Shown: positions 24,544-36,080, numbered from the stretch's first letter. The stretch: 62,689 nt of DNA from a virus (IMGVR_UViG_3300009506_000027:1-62689), one strand, 5' to 3'. Program-made: numbers and translations. The notes: generated by a model from the sequence alone, not told the origin.

Positions 24544-27360
24544 ATGCCAAGCACCGACATTGTCATCAACTTGGGAGGGTCCAAGGCGGCGACCATCAGG
24601 GACCGTGCGGCTGCTCTTGAACAACTTGCTATGGCGGTGGGTGCGATCAAGACGGCGTTCTCAAACGCGCCGTTCACCCAGGCCACGGGTGGGATGAAAA
24701 ACTTCAACACGGAGATCCGCAAGGCCACTACCAGTACCAAGAAGTACGGGACCGCAGCCCAGAACGCTGGCGAGCGTACTGACCGATTCGGCACCAAGCT
24801 CGGGAACGCGAGGAACGCCCTGGACAGGTTCCGGCTCCTCTTCATGCGTATGGTGCGGATTATGACGGCCTTCTTCATTATCAGCACTGTCACCCGCCTG
24901 GTGAGGGACTTCGTTGAAACGATCACCAAGGCCCCGATGCAGATGGAGCTTTGGAACAAACAGCTTGTGGTCCTGAGCGGGAACGCCACGCTCGCCGCCC
25001 AGCGCCTTGAATTGCTGAAGAAGGTTGCCATCGAAACTCCGCTGGAGCTTCCCGACCTCTTCCAGGGGCTCACCACGTTGCAGGCGTTCAACGTGGAGAT
25101 TTCCGACAAGACGCTCCCCCTCCTCACCGACCTGGCTGCTGTGTCCGGTCGGACCTTCCAGGAGGTTGCTGAGGTGGTGGGCAAGGTGATCGCTGGGTCG
25201 CCCACAGCCATCACACGGTCGCTGCCGACCCTCGCCATCAACCCGATGGAGTTCAAGGCGCTCGCTGCGGAGCTTGGCTCTCGTTCCGAGGCTCTATTCC
25301 AGATCATCCGAGAAAAGTTTGAGGGCTTCGCCAAGGAGTCCGCGACCACCGTGATCGGCGTGATCTCCAACATCAAGGACGCCTACTTCGTCATCATGGC
25401 CGACATTGGGGACGCGCTGATGGCTCCCCTGCGCGAATCCACCAACGCCATCATGGCATGGCTTCAGGAGATCCGCACCAGCCCAGCGAAGCTCCGTGAG
25501 TTGCAGGACAAGGTGATGCTGGTGGGGGACGAAATCTTCCGCTTCGTGAAACACGTCTGGGACGCGGTGATGGCTATGAAGGAGTTTGCTGATAAGATCG
25601 GCGGCGTCACTACTGCCATCAACGTGTTCCTTGGGTTCCTGGTCGGGAGGGCGATCGCGGCTAAGCTAGTCGCCCTCGCCTCGGCTGCGAGGGAGGCGGG
25701 GACGGCTATGGCCTTCCTCCAGGGCGCGATCAACCCGTACCTCCTGATTGGTGGGATCGTGGTAGCCGGGATTGCCTACTGGATCTCCAAGATCAACGAG
25801 CAGAAGGACGCGCTGCGGCTCCTCACCCTGCGCCAGTACGAATATGCCAACGAGCTTCAGCGCACCAACAATATGCTGGCGAAGAACATCCAGATGGTGG
25901 ACGCGCAGAAGCGTGCCAACCAGGCCGGGACCATCTACAATATGGCAGACGAACTCGCTGCCGCAGCCACCGATGCTGAGAAACTGAAGACCCTGATCGG
26001 GGCTGGCGGTCGGGCGGTGGCGGCAGCGCTCCCCGGCCCGCTCGCGGATGAGGCTACCGAAGCCATCAACCGGCTGATCGCCAACGAGGTGCGCCTCAAC
26101 GAACTCCAACAGAGGATGCAGAAAAATCCGGCGACGGCCCTGCTCCACGAGGGGACCTATAACTCCCTGCTGGAGCGTCGCGGGGAACTGATTGGAGAGT
26201 TGGTAGAAAAGTATCGGCTGGCCGGGGACGTGATGATCGCGGACGCCTTCCAGATCATGGCGGCGATGGAGCCCCCGATCCCGTCCATGGGTGAGGGGAC
26301 GGGGGACGATACCGACAAGATTGATAAGCTGAAGGAGTTCCTGAACTTCTGGAAGGACGGGCTCGTGGATCCCATGTCCACCCAGTTCGATATTCTGCAA
26401 TCGAAGTTCGATGCGGGCCTCATCACCAGCGAGGCTGCGCGTGAACAGACGGCGCGGCTGCGGGGGCTCGCTGAGTTCTGGAGGAAATTCTTCCTCGACC
26501 AGCAGAATCCCCTTGTCCAGCAAGTTGGGGTAACGCTCACCCCGTTGATTGGGAACATGGATCAGTTCACAGAATCGCTGGATGATGAAATCACGGGTGC
26601 CTTCCAGGAGCGCTTCACCGACATCAAGCTCCAGATCGAGTTGGGCTTGGAGCCCGAGGCGGCTACGGCTGCTCTCACGGCGCTGAAGGAAGAGATCGTA
26701 GCCAAGATGGAGGGCCTTGGCGACGATCTCACTCCTGAAATGCAGAAGGCGTTCAACACCATCATCACGGGGATCAACAACGCGATTGATAGCCTGAAAC
26801 CCGAGGACCTGAGCCAGGCGTTTGAGCAGACCCTTCGGATGGTAATTAAGCAGGGCGCGGACGTCATGGCCGAAGCTCTCGGCTCCCTGATTGCAGGGGA
26901 CGCTGGTACGGGGCTGACGCAGGCGATGGGCAAGATGTTCGCTGGGGCCCTGAACATCATGGGCGACGCGATGATCCAGATTGGTACGGGAGCCCTGCTG
27001 ATCCAGAAGCTCTTTGAAAACATCACCAGCCCCGCCGCTGCCGCAGCCCTGATTGCTGGCGGTATCCTGCTGAAGGCGTTCGCCAATGCTATTGGGTCGA
27101 AGATGGGCGACGCGATGAAGAACGGTGGCTCTAGCGCTGGGTCGGCTGGGTCGGTCGGGCCGCTCAACTACCCAGAGTTCAGTGCGGGTGCTTACGGTGA
27201 CAAGCGGTCCTGGTACGTGGAGATCCACGCGATTGATGCGCAGAGCTTTGAGCAGGCGCTCGCCAACAACCGCGCAGCGTTTGGTCGGCAGATCGCGCAG
27301 GTAGCCCGTGACGACAGGTCTACGGGCGGTCAGGCTTACGGTGCCTTCCAGCCAGCATAG
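24544..27360 (+). CDS. Tape measure protein
   Basis: 938-aa Ala-rich helical protein; A.ETP tape-measure domain; SNIKD motif. Confidence 0.9.
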   Translation: MPSTDIVINLGGSKAATIRDRAAALEQLAMAVGAIKTAFSNAPFTQATGGMKNFNTEIRKATTSTKKYGTAAQNAGERTDRFGTKLGNARNALDRFRLLFMRMVRIMTAFFIISTVTRLVRDFVETITKAPMQMELWNKQLVVLSGNATLAAQRLELLKKVAIETPLELPDLFQGLTTLQAFNVEISDKTLPLLTDLAAVSGRTFQEVAEVVGKVIAGSPTAITRSLPTLAINPMEFKALAAELGSRSEALFQIIREKFEGFAKESATTVIGVISNIKDAYFVIMADIGDALMAPLRESTNAIMAWLQEIRTSPAKLRELQDKVMLVGDEIFRFVKHVWDAVMAMKEFADKIGGVTTAINVFLGFLVGRAIAAKLVALASAAREAGTAMAFLQGAINPYLLIGGIVVAGIAYWISKINEQKDALRLLTLRQYEYANELQRTNNMLAKNIQMVDAQKRANQAGTIYNMADELAAAATDAEKLKTLIGAGGRAVAAALPGPLADEATEAINRLIANEVRLNELQQRMQKNPATALLHEGTYNSLLERRGELIGELVEKYRLAGDVMIADAFQIMAAMEPPIPSMGEGTGDDTDKIDKLKEFLNFWKDGLVDPMSTQFDILQSKFDAGLITSEAAREQTARLRGLAEFWRKFFLDQQNPLVQQVGVTLTPLIGNMDQFTESLDDEITGAFQERFTDIKLQIELGLEPEAATAALTALKEEIVAKMEGLGDDLTPEMQKAFNTIITGINNAIDSLKPEDLSQAFEQTLRMVIKQGADVMAEALGSLIAGDAGTGLTQAMGKMFAGALNIMGDAMIQIGTGALLIQKLFENITSPAAAAALIAGGILLKAFANAIGSKMGDAMKNGGSSAGSAGSVGPLNYPEFSAGAYGDKRSWYVEIHAIDAQSFEQALANNRAAFGRQIAQVARDDRSTGGQAYGAFQPA

Positions 27361-27369
27361 GAGGGATAG

Positions 27370-27789
27370 ATGGCGGTAGACTATAATCCGGGGACCAACC
27401 CCTTCGACCCCCAGGACGATTTTCCGTCCACAGCCACCGGGGTCGTGCTTCCTGGTGGGGTAGACGCCGTGGAGGCCGACTACTCCTACATCGGAAGTGT
27501 GGACTTCAAAACAATCATCAACGAGTCGTGGGGTGGGAAGGAAAAAAGGACGGCCCAGGTCCCGGCGAGGCTTCGTTTCAAGATCATCTACGACCAGCTT
27601 ACGCCGACCGACGCCAACACTCTCTGGAACCATTACCTGGCGCAGGAGGGCCAGCTTTACGCCTTCAGCTATTTCGAGTATCTGAGCGAGGAGGAGTTCT
27701 CCGTCCGGTACAATATGCCGTCCATGGACAGGGAAACCTTCCTCTATGAGGCCGAGAAAACCGGCATCGAACTCATCCAGGTGTTGTAA
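27370..27789 (+). CDS. Distal tail protein
   Basis: After the tape measure; GKEKR...GQLYAF pattern. Confidence 0.65.
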   Translation: MAVDYNPGTNPFDPQDDFPSTATGVVLPGGVDAVEADYSYIGSVDFKTIINESWGGKEKRTAQVPARLRFKIIYDQLTPTDANTLWNHYLAQEGQLYAFSYFEYLSEEEFSVRYNMPSMDRETFLYEAEKTGIELIQVL

Positions 27790-30700
27790 TGCGAAGCCTC
27801 AGTAGCGCGATCCAGGCCATTCTCGCTGCGGACCAGCAGCGTCCGGTCACGACCGTCAAGATCACCTTGCGTGACGTGGGGGCGACGGAGATTTACGCGG
27901 CGACCCATGAGGTCACAATCTCCTCCCAGCCCTACACGGGAGATATGCTTGGGCTCCCCAGGATCGTGGTGAGCGAGGAATCCGGGATTGACCATATCGT
28001 TGTCCAACTCGCCAACGCAGACTGGTCGTACTCCTCATACCACAACCAGAACGACTTCGACGGCGCGACCGCAGAGGTCAACCAGTATTTTGCCACGGAC
28101 GCCGGATACACCACGTTTGAGGGTCCGGTCCTACTCTTTTCGGGTACGATCTTCCGGCCCGAGGTCAATGCTCAGGTATTGACGCTCAACGTTATGGCCG
28201 ATGCCCGGATGGCAAGGGGCGGGAGCCTCGGGCGCACGATCACAAACCACTGCGGGTGGTTGTTCGGGAGCACGGACTCCAACTGCGGCTACACCTACTC
28301 CGCGCAGGTGGCCTCCGGTGGATCCTACAATGTCGGTGACTGGGTGCCCCTTTCCGGATCGCCCGCTACGGACCAGGATGGTGTGGCGCTGACCGCCGAC
28401 ACCATGGCGAACGTACCAGCGAACTACATCAAGATCATGCGCGGAAGTCCAACGGGCACAGAGATTTACACGAATCTCTACATCGCGTCGTCCGATCTGG
28501 ATAACTCGCAGATCAAGTTGGGCTACAATTTGGAGGATGGCCCGCTTCCCCCTTGGTCGCTCTCTGCCGGGGACTATATCGTCTACGTTGGTTGCCCACG
28601 CGACACAATCCGCGAGTGTGCGCGGCGTTGGCAGTTCGGGTCAGCGACCCGCCAGCAGGATAAGTTCGGCGGCTTCGACTACAACCGAGACAAGATCCTC
28701 CCCTACGCCAACCCGAAGCAGGGTGTGGTGGCGCAGATGAGCGGGGTGATGGGGGAGATCGTCCCCATCCCCTACGGATCCCGGTGGACGACCCCCATGA
28801 TCCTCGGCCTCCACCACCGCGCACATGGAGGGAACGGGGCCTGGGCTGCGTGGAACTCCACCAGGGACGGCCCGTTCGTGGTCTGCATCATCGGTGAGGG
28901 CCCCCTGGATACTGGCATTGAAACGATTGAGGACGACATCATGCTGGACGGTGCGCTGATCCGCGCCACCCAGTATTACGTCAACCAGGACTGGGAGGAT
29001 AAGTTCGATGTGCAGACGGGGACCACCACACAGGCCCCCTCGGACTTCTTCCCCATGTGGGACACCGACCACAACCTGCCTGGGTTCTCCGCTCTCAGGA
29101 ACATCGGCTATTTCATCCAGGAGCTTCCCGAGAGCTACGACGTCCAGCCCCACATGACCAACGAGTTGTGGGATCACTTCAATCCACCGATCGGCAGCAC
29201 GGATTGGGGATCCCTGAAGCCAGCGTCCTCCTACTTCACCCGCACGCGGTATTGGTCGGTCGCCACCCCCGACATACAATGCAAATACAAGGGGAAGAAG
29301 GTTCAGAAGTACGTGTACTCCGGTGGCGTACCCACGACCGATGCTTACGAATACTCCCGCAACCCCGTCTGGCAGATCCTCGACGTCCTGACGGCGAGCT
29401 ACCGCACGGACGACAGCGATCAGTGGTCGGCTGGCCTTGCTACCAGTGAAGTAGACCTCGGCTCCTTTATCGACTGGGCCGACTACTGCGAGGAGCAGAT
29501 TGACGTCTACGACTACGACGGTAGCAGCATCACGGTTGACCGTTATGTGTCGGACTTCTACGTCAAGTCCAGCAAGAGGGGCGAGGTCCTGGAAGCCCTC
29601 CTCCTCGCCTGCCGTGGTGCCCTGGTGGCGCGGGACGGCAAGGTGGGGATCGTGCTGGACGCGCCGCTCGGCGGTACGGGCACCGTAACGGGCGCTACAA
29701 GCACTTCGATCACCGAAAGCACCCGTGACGGCCTGACGGACGCCTCGTGGCCCACAGGGGGCGTCAGCGGCCTTCTGACGGGCCGGTACCTGAAGATGCT
29801 TACTGGTGCTGCGGCTGGTGATGTTCGCACCATCACCTCCAACACCGGGACGACGATCAATGTCTCCGCGTCTTTCAGCACAACGCCCAGCCCCGGTGAC
29901 ACCTACGCCGTCTACGCCGTCGAACTGAATACGGACAACGTGGGTCCGATCCGGGTGGGACACAAGAAGCCCCTCTACGAACTCACGAATCAGGTGATCG
30001 CCAGCTACGAGTCCACCAAGGACCAGGGCAGGCAGGCCACCATCCCGATTCCAGACACCTACGAGGACGACCAGGGCGACTACCACTTCGACAAGTTCGG
30101 CCTGAACGAACGGAAGATTCAGATGGACGCCACGACGGAGTGGCAGCAGGCCGTTCGGAACGGATGGTATGAGCTTCGGAGGGAACTGGATCAGAACTTT
30201 GAGTTCATCATCGAAGGTCTGAATATCGAAGGGCTGGCGGTGGAGGTGGGGGACGTGGCCCTCATCAACCACGACATTAGCGGGATCACCAACGAAACGG
30301 TTCGGGTTACGAGGGTCGAGGACAACGGCAACGCCACCTACTCCCTGGTCTGCGAGCTTTTCCGGGACCATGTCTACCTGGATTTCCCCACCGACGATTT
30401 CGATTCGGTGGACATTTCCTCCAACCTGATCCCGCCCCACGGCGTTCCTTCCCATGTGACCGGCGTGACCATTGACCACTACGTCGAAATGGACAACGAG
30501 GCTCCTTGGGTCGTGGTAGAATGGGAGCAGCCTGGCTGGCCGTATCGCAACTGGTCTGTCGTGATTGAGTCCCGTTTCCAGAACCCGCTGACGGAGGTGT
30601 GGGGAGACTGGGAGGAGATCGGCACATCCATCACGACGAAGTTCACCTTCCGCTCCGCTCGCCTCGGCATGATTGAGGTACGTCCCACCTTGATGAGCGC

Positions 30701-33700
30701 GGTGGGCGTGAAGGCGAACGACCCCCTGGAGAACGGGACCTCCTCGGGCGGGAACACCTCTACCACGTTGAACGACACTACTCGTGCCTGGGACATCAAC
30801 GCCTGGGACGGGTGCTATGTGAGGATCACGAGCGGGACCGGGGACGCCAACGACCCGAAGGAGATCGTCAGCAACACAGCAACAGAACTGACGATCAACG
30901 GCACCTACCCGTGGAGCCCCACCCCTGACGGAACATCCGTTTACGAAATCTACGTGCCCTCGCCCGAGGTACAGGAACAGATCACCGCTGGGATTGGTTA
31001 CGGCTTCCCCTTCCTGGACGAAGACGATGGCGACCTTTTCCTGCATCCAGGATGGCAGCTTGGCCTTGCCTGCAAGTACCTGGACTCTGACACCGCTCCT
31101 ACGCTGAACGACGTAATCACGACAGGAACGATCCTCACGGCTGATGGAGCACCAGAGGACGGCACAAACGTCCACACGTTCACCACAGACGGGGAGATCC
31201 GGTACGTCGGTATCGTTTACTACCTGGACGAAGCCTGCACCCAGGGCGAGAGCGGCCTGACTGTCCTCCGGTATACCTACCACGAGGCAGACAACAACCC
31301 CAAGGTGGTGTGGTTCCCCTACATCCCGGACACTGTTGGATACGAGGGCGCACGGTTCGTCGCTACCGACGACAGCAGCCAGGTCAACTTCGGGTACGAC
31401 ATTATCACCGAGGGCGACCCGGATCCGACGTGGCCTGGCGACTACACCATGTCCGGGTTGGTTGCCGACCCCTATGTGGAGGACATTGAGGTACCCAAGC
31501 CCGCCGAGGGCGCGACCCGCAAGGTAATCCTGTTCAACTGCGTGGATGCTGACGGCAGAACCTTCCGGCCAACGGACGATCCTGGGCGCGTTTACATTGA
31601 CGGGAACTCGCGGCCCAGCGGCTACTGCACCTACGACATTGAGCCTGATTATACGCCCGTCATTACACCGCAGGCGATTGAAACGGATACGCAGTCCTGG
31701 CGCTTCCGGGTAAAGAAGACGAACATCGGCTCCGAAGCGTGGGACGCGATCTCCTGGGACGATCTGACCACCGGGGAATACTCGGGGAACACTTTCGAGC
31801 CCCAGTACATGACCTCCTACGTCCTCACCGAGACTGAATGTCTCAACGTGGAGGTCGTCTTCTTGAGAACGTCGGCAACGGACGACACCACCCAGTCGCT
31901 CTCCATGAAATCCGAGGCGATGCGGTTCACGGTCTACCCGTTCTTCGACACAGTTGTACCAACCGTACAAGCGTACCCAGGACAGGTCGGCTCCGTGGGG
32001 AACCTCTACCTGGTCATCAACGACCCCAAGGGGTTCACGGTCGAGACTGCGTTCAAGGCGGTAGAGGATTGGGACGGCGAGGACTTTGACGACCCGACCG
32101 ATGGAAGCTGGAACCGCGACACCATCGTACCCTACAACCTGACCGAGACAGTCAACCTGGGCGAGGACCACAACAGCCTGATCGCCTGGGCGGTGGGGTA
32201 TGACCTTGGCGACGGGAACGGCACCGTTTACATCCAGGGCTCCAACATCTTCGACCTCGACAAGATCCCGGTCGTGTTCGGTGCCCTGCACGTCAATGCT
32301 AATGGTGACGTCTACCTGTCCGCGAACGGCAGGGAGGACCTGAAGTCCATCCAGTATCTCACCTCCACCACCTCCATGCCTGGGGACGTGTCCGGTGGTA
32401 CGGTGGTGAATGGGCGGTCCACCAACACCCTGGTCTACTCTGGCCTCACGGATGGCTCTACGCTGTATATCCGTGTGCGTGGCTACAACCTCGTGGGTGG
32501 GGCTGTCGGTGGTGGTGATGAGTCAACCGAAGACTGGCTGGGCCAGGTCACGAATATGCACTCATCCCAGATTCCTGGGGTGAAGGTATACAAGTCGCAG
32601 AGCGGTTCTACCGGCACGCTGAACATCCTGGTGGACGACCCGGACGGGGTGCAGGTGGCGAGTTCGTTCCAGGACCAGTCTGGCGGCGGGGATTTCAGCC
32701 TTTCGTCCGACCCGACGACATGGTCCGGGTACGACAACTCCTCGCCCTATGACACCAGCGACACCGTGACCCTGGTGGACAAGCACACCAGCTTCATCGC
32801 CTGGGCCGTTGGGTACGACCTTGGTGGCGGGACTGAGTGGATCACCGGCACGGAAACATTTGATATTGATGAGAACCCGTCCGGGACCGGGACCGCTGTT
32901 GTGTACTCCAACGGCAACGCCTCCTGCGACCTGTTCGGTGATGAAGACACGGCGTCGTGGAAGGTGGCGGCATCCGTGACCTCCTTCCCCACCGCGACAA
33001 CGGTGAGGGCGCAGACCGCCGACGATGGGCAGAGCCTCACCGCGTCGGACATTGGCACGCTGGTATCGGCATCAAACGGTGACACCATCTACTACTCGGC
33101 CTTCCCGTACTCCTCCACCGGAGGCGGCGGGACCGAGGGTGCGATGGTGAATTTCATCGGGAACTACTTCGACACCGACACGCTGCCGACCGATCCGGTT
33201 GCCCCGAAGGCGTTCGTGGTACCCAGCGTATCGGGCTCCACCGGCACCTTGGATCTGACGGTGCGGGACGAATACCTGTCCGTTACGGCTATCGAAAAGC
33301 GAACGAAGCAGGGCAGCGGCGCGTGGAGTTCGTGGAGCAGCCTGACCGGGGGCACGGGGACCATCGGTGTAGACGAAGACCTCACACGCTCACAGACCGT
33401 CACGATTGAGGAGAAACACAACTCTGAAATCGGTATCAGGATCGCCTGGACCGATGAACTCAGCGCCACGCGGTACACCTACTTCAGCCAGACCTATGAC
33501 CTGAACGTCATCCCCTCCGTGGTTTGCGGACTTTCCCTGACGCTGTCGAAGGTGTACCTCGCGTGGATCGGTGACGATGACCTGGCCTCCATCACCTACA
33601 AGACGTCCACCTCTGCCATGCCCGTGGACGTATCTGGCGGGACGACGGTGGACGGGCGCACGGGGGACGAGCAAGACCTCGGCACCCTGAACCGTGGCGA

Positions 33701-35705
33701 AATCATGTACGTCCGGGTGCGCGGCTACTCTGCCGTTAGCGGTGGGGGCACGGCGTCTGCTGAAGACTGGACGGGGATGATCCGGCGCGACTTCACGCTC
33801 ATCCCGACCGTGCAGGTGGTGGCGTCGCAGTCCGGTACCACCGGGACGGTAACTTTGAATATCGAGGACCCGGATTCAAAGATGAACGCCACATCTTTTG
33901 AAACCGGGATTTCTCCAGACGCCAATCCAGCCAACTGGTCCGGGTACGATAACTCCGATCCCTATGGCACCACCCAGAACATCACGATTGAGGAAAAGCA
34001 CCCCACGGTGATCCACTGGGGGGTCCGCTACGACCTCGGCCTCGGTGATGGGAACGTCTGGATTACGGGCTCCCATACCTTCGACATTGACACGATCCCG
34101 AGTGTCACGGCAGAGCTTCAGCAGGTGGGGAACTATCTCTACCTGTCGTGGAACGGCGACGAAGACGTCGGCTCCATCAAGTACCTGGGGAGCACCGGGA
34201 GTATGCCTACCGAGGCAAACCTCGACGCATCAGGTACTTATAACAATAACAGGGCGGGCCGCATCACGCTCTACACGGGTACGTTCTACGAGGGTAAGGA
34301 GTATTACGTTCGCCTGCGGGCCTACTCCGGTGCGAGCGGGGCCGGGGACCAGTCGGCGGAAGACGTTCAGGTTTCTGCGGCGCACTCCATTTCCGGCCCA
34401 CCTCTGGTCAAGGTCATCGCCACCCAGAGCGGCACCACGGGGACGCTGACCATCACCGTGGACGACCCGCTCCTGCGGGTGAACGCCACCGCTTTCGAGC
34501 CCATCGCTGGGGGCGGGGCCTTCAGCCCGAACTCGGACCCAGCAAGCTGGAGCAACTACGACAACTCCTCGCCATATACCTACTCGGACACGGTAGACAT
34601 TAATCCGAAGCACGGGAGCGTGATCTGGTGGGGGGTCAGGTGGGGGCCGACCAACGACTCGACCTACAAGTGGATTACGGGATCCCACACCTTCGACGCT
34701 GACCTCCAGGCAGAGATCAACTCCATGTCCCTGGATGTGGACGAGAACGGATACGCGGACGTGTCCGTCATCGGTGACGAAGACTGCGACAATATTTACG
34801 TGCGCGTGGGGGTCGGGTCGGCACCGACAGACCCCACGAATGGATCCTATCACGGCACCTTCTCCGGCAACAACGGGGTCGCCACAACTTCTGTGGCGGT
34901 GTCTGCTGGCGATCAAATCTACATCAAGGCCAGGGGCTACAACGGGTCTGACCCAGGGCCAGTGAAGCAACTGGTTGTTAAGTGGGTGGCTACTCCCATC
35001 GTGTCAGTCGAAGTCACTTTTGACGATGACGGGTACGCGATCGTTTCTGCCACGGCTGGCGACGACGCGACCTACATCTACTACAACGCGGACATTGGCT
35101 CTGACCCAGGAACCCCCACGAGTTCGGTCTATGACGGCTCAATCTCCGGTAGCTCTGGGAGCCACACCAGCACCACGATCCAGGCCGACATGGGTGAGGA
35201 GGTCTGGGTCAACATTCGGGCCTACGCTGGTACGGTCGCTGGCCCCGTGTTCGGGATCATCAAGGCCCGTCGCGGCGTGGGGACGGTATCGAAGACGCAG
35301 TATTTCCAGGCTACTGGGATCATCGGGCAAAGCTCGGGTGTGGTGGAGACTGACGGCTACCTCGCCGCCACAAGCACATCCTCTACGGAGGTGAAGGGCG
35401 GCATCACGATCCCGCAGGGCGTAGTGATTACCGACTTCGGTGCCAGGTTGTACCGGGGAGGAGCCTCGGACGCCGCCAGCGCCTCCCTCCTGGCCGGTCC
35501 CTATGGTGCGCTTTGGTATGTGATTGCCGCCGCCACCGCCACCGGAACCGGGTGGACAACGCCGTATGACACCGCCAACTATACTGTGACCTCTGCGGCG
35601 ATTTCATTGAAGCTAGTGTTTGACGCGAACACCAGTGGCGACGATGTAAGGTGTGACTACATCTGGATCACCTACGACGCATCGGACGTGGACAAGACCC
35701 TCTAG
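27789..35705 (+). CDS. Giant tail-tip protein (hub plus gpJ-like central fibre plus repeated Ig/FN3-like modules), 2638 aa
   Basis: CGWLFG...C...CPR...C...FGGF hub motif, VPIPYG, GEGP, SRNPVW, VEVGDV; five internal ~200-aa repeats. Confidence 0.85.
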   Translation: MRSLSSAIQAILAADQQRPVTTVKITLRDVGATEIYAATHEVTISSQPYTGDMLGLPRIVVSEESGIDHIVVQLANADWSYSSYHNQNDFDGATAEVNQYFATDAGYTTFEGPVLLFSGTIFRPEVNAQVLTLNVMADARMARGGSLGRTITNHCGWLFGSTDSNCGYTYSAQVASGGSYNVGDWVPLSGSPATDQDGVALTADTMANVPANYIKIMRGSPTGTEIYTNLYIASSDLDNSQIKLGYNLEDGPLPPWSLSAGDYIVYVGCPRDTIRECARRWQFGSATRQQDKFGGFDYNRDKILPYANPKQGVVAQMSGVMGEIVPIPYGSRWTTPMILGLHHRAHGGNGAWAAWNSTRDGPFVVCIIGEGPLDTGIETIEDDIMLDGALIRATQYYVNQDWEDKFDVQTGTTTQAPSDFFPMWDTDHNLPGFSALRNIGYFIQELPESYDVQPHMTNELWDHFNPPIGSTDWGSLKPASSYFTRTRYWSVATPDIQCKYKGKKVQKYVYSGGVPTTDAYEYSRNPVWQILDVLTASYRTDDSDQWSAGLATSEVDLGSFIDWADYCEEQIDVYDYDGSSITVDRYVSDFYVKSSKRGEVLEALLLACRGALVARDGKVGIVLDAPLGGTGTVTGATSTSITESTRDGLTDASWPTGGVSGLLTGRYLKMLTGAAAGDVRTITSNTGTTINVSASFSTTPSPGDTYAVYAVELNTDNVGPIRVGHKKPLYELTNQVIASYESTKDQGRQATIPIPDTYEDDQGDYHFDKFGLNERKIQMDATTEWQQAVRNGWYELRRELDQNFEFIIEGLNIEGLAVEVGDVALINHDISGITNETVRVTRVEDNGNATYSLVCELFRDHVYLDFPTDDFDSVDISSNLIPPHGVPSHVTGVTIDHYVEMDNEAPWVVVEWEQPGWPYRNWSVVIESRFQNPLTEVWGDWEEIGTSITTKFTFRSARLGMIEVRPTLMSAVGVKANDPLENGTSSGGNTSTTLNDTTRAWDINAWDGCYVRITSGTGDANDPKEIVSNTATELTINGTYPWSPTPDGTSVYEIYVPSPEVQEQITAGIGYGFPFLDEDDGDLFLHPGWQLGLACKYLDSDTAPTLNDVITTGTILTADGAPEDGTNVHTFTTDGEIRYVGIVYYLDEACTQGESGLTVLRYTYHEADNNPKVVWFPYIPDTVGYEGARFVATDDSSQVNFGYDIITEGDPDPTWPGDYTMSGLVADPYVEDIEVPKPAEGATRKVILFNCVDADGRTFRPTDDPGRVYIDGNSRPSGYCTYDIEPDYTPVITPQAIETDTQSWRFRVKKTNIGSEAWDAISWDDLTTGEYSGNTFEPQYMTSYVLTETECLNVEVVFLRTSATDDTTQSLSMKSEAMRFTVYPFFDTVVPTVQAYPGQVGSVGNLYLVINDPKGFTVETAFKAVEDWDGEDFDDPTDGSWNRDTIVPYNLTETVNLGEDHNSLIAWAVGYDLGDGNGTVYIQGSNIFDLDKIPVVFGALHVNANGDVYLSANGREDLKSIQYLTSTTSMPGDVSGGTVVNGRSTNTLVYSGLTDGSTLYIRVRGYNLVGGAVGGGDESTEDWLGQVTNMHSSQIPGVKVYKSQSGSTGTLNILVDDPDGVQVASSFQDQSGGGDFSLSSDPTTWSGYDNSSPYDTSDTVTLVDKHTSFIAWAVGYDLGGGTEWITGTETFDIDENPSGTGTAVVYSNGNASCDLFGDEDTASWKVAASVTSFPTATTVRAQTADDGQSLTASDIGTLVSASNGDTIYYSAFPYSSTGGGGTEGAMVNFIGNYFDTDTLPTDPVAPKAFVVPSVSGSTGTLDLTVRDEYLSVTAIEKRTKQGSGAWSSWSSLTGGTGTIGVDEDLTRSQTVTIEEKHNSEIGIRIAWTDELSATRYTYFSQTYDLNVIPSVVCGLSLTLSKVYLAWIGDDDLASITYKTSTSAMPVDVSGGTTVDGRTGDEQDLGTLNRGEIMYVRVRGYSAVSGGGTASAEDWTGMIRRDFTLIPTVQVVASQSGTTGTVTLNIEDPDSKMNATSFETGISPDANPANWSGYDNSDPYGTTQNITIEEKHPTVIHWGVRYDLGLGDGNVWITGSHTFDIDTIPSVTAELQQVGNYLYLSWNGDEDVGSIKYLGSTGSMPTEANLDASGTYNNNRAGRITLYTGTFYEGKEYYVRLRAYSGASGAGDQSAEDVQVSAAHSISGPPLVKVIATQSGTTGTLTITVDDPLLRVNATAFEPIAGGGAFSPNSDPASWSNYDNSSPYTYSDTVDINPKHGSVIWWGVRWGPTNDSTYKWITGSHTFDADLQAEINSMSLDVDENGYADVSVIGDEDCDNIYVRVGVGSAPTDPTNGSYHGTFSGNNGVATTSVAVSAGDQIYIKARGYNGSDPGPVKQLVVKWVATPIVSVEVTFDDDGYAIVSATAGDDATYIYYNADIGSDPGTPTSSVYDGSISGSSGSHTSTTIQADMGEEVWVNIRAYAGTVAGPVFGIIKARRGVGTVSKTQYFQATGIIGQSSGVVETDGYLAATSTSSTEVKGGITIPQGVVITDFGARLYRGGASDAASASLLAGPYGALWYVIAAATATGTGWTTPYDTANYTVTSAAISLKLVFDANTSGDDVRCDYIWITYDASDVDKTL

Positions 35706-35714
35706 GAGAGCACA

Positions 35715-36080
35715 ATGCCGGGGAAATACGAGGAAACGCAGGCGATGGTGGATCTAGTCAAGGCTGGAGCACGCACCGTTGCAAGTGAGGATTTCAAGGA
35801 AAAGAGGAAGGCGTTCATGCCGTCCCTCCAAACCCTGGAGGACAAGTTCCGTGAGGAGCTTCGCGCCGTAGAGGCTGCGGAGGCTTATGAAGACGGCGTG
35901 GAGATCCAGCATCGTTGGGAGCGGATTCGTGGCAAGTACCAGGTGGGGATCAAGTGCATTGATGAGATTCAGGCACAGGTCCGCAGACTTCACAAGGTTA
36001 TTGATGAAATGGGTCCGCTGGTTGATGAGCAGGTGCAGAGGGCCATCGAATACGGTGGCTACGACGATCCTACCGCGTAA
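35715..36080 (+). CDS. Hypothetical coiled-coil protein
   Basis: AGGAG RBS. Confidence 0.7.
   Translation: MPGKYEETQAMVDLVKAGARTVASEDFKEKRKAFMPSLQTLEDKFREELRAVEAAEAYEDGVEIQHRWERIRGKYQVGIKCIDEIQAQVRRLHKVIDEMGPLVDEQVQRAIEYGGYDDPTA

Noticed and set aside
18762-32291. Long minus-strand ORFs (539, 655 and 1216 aa)
   Set aside because: Antisense to capsid, tape measure and tail-tip genes; expected with strong GC3 bias.
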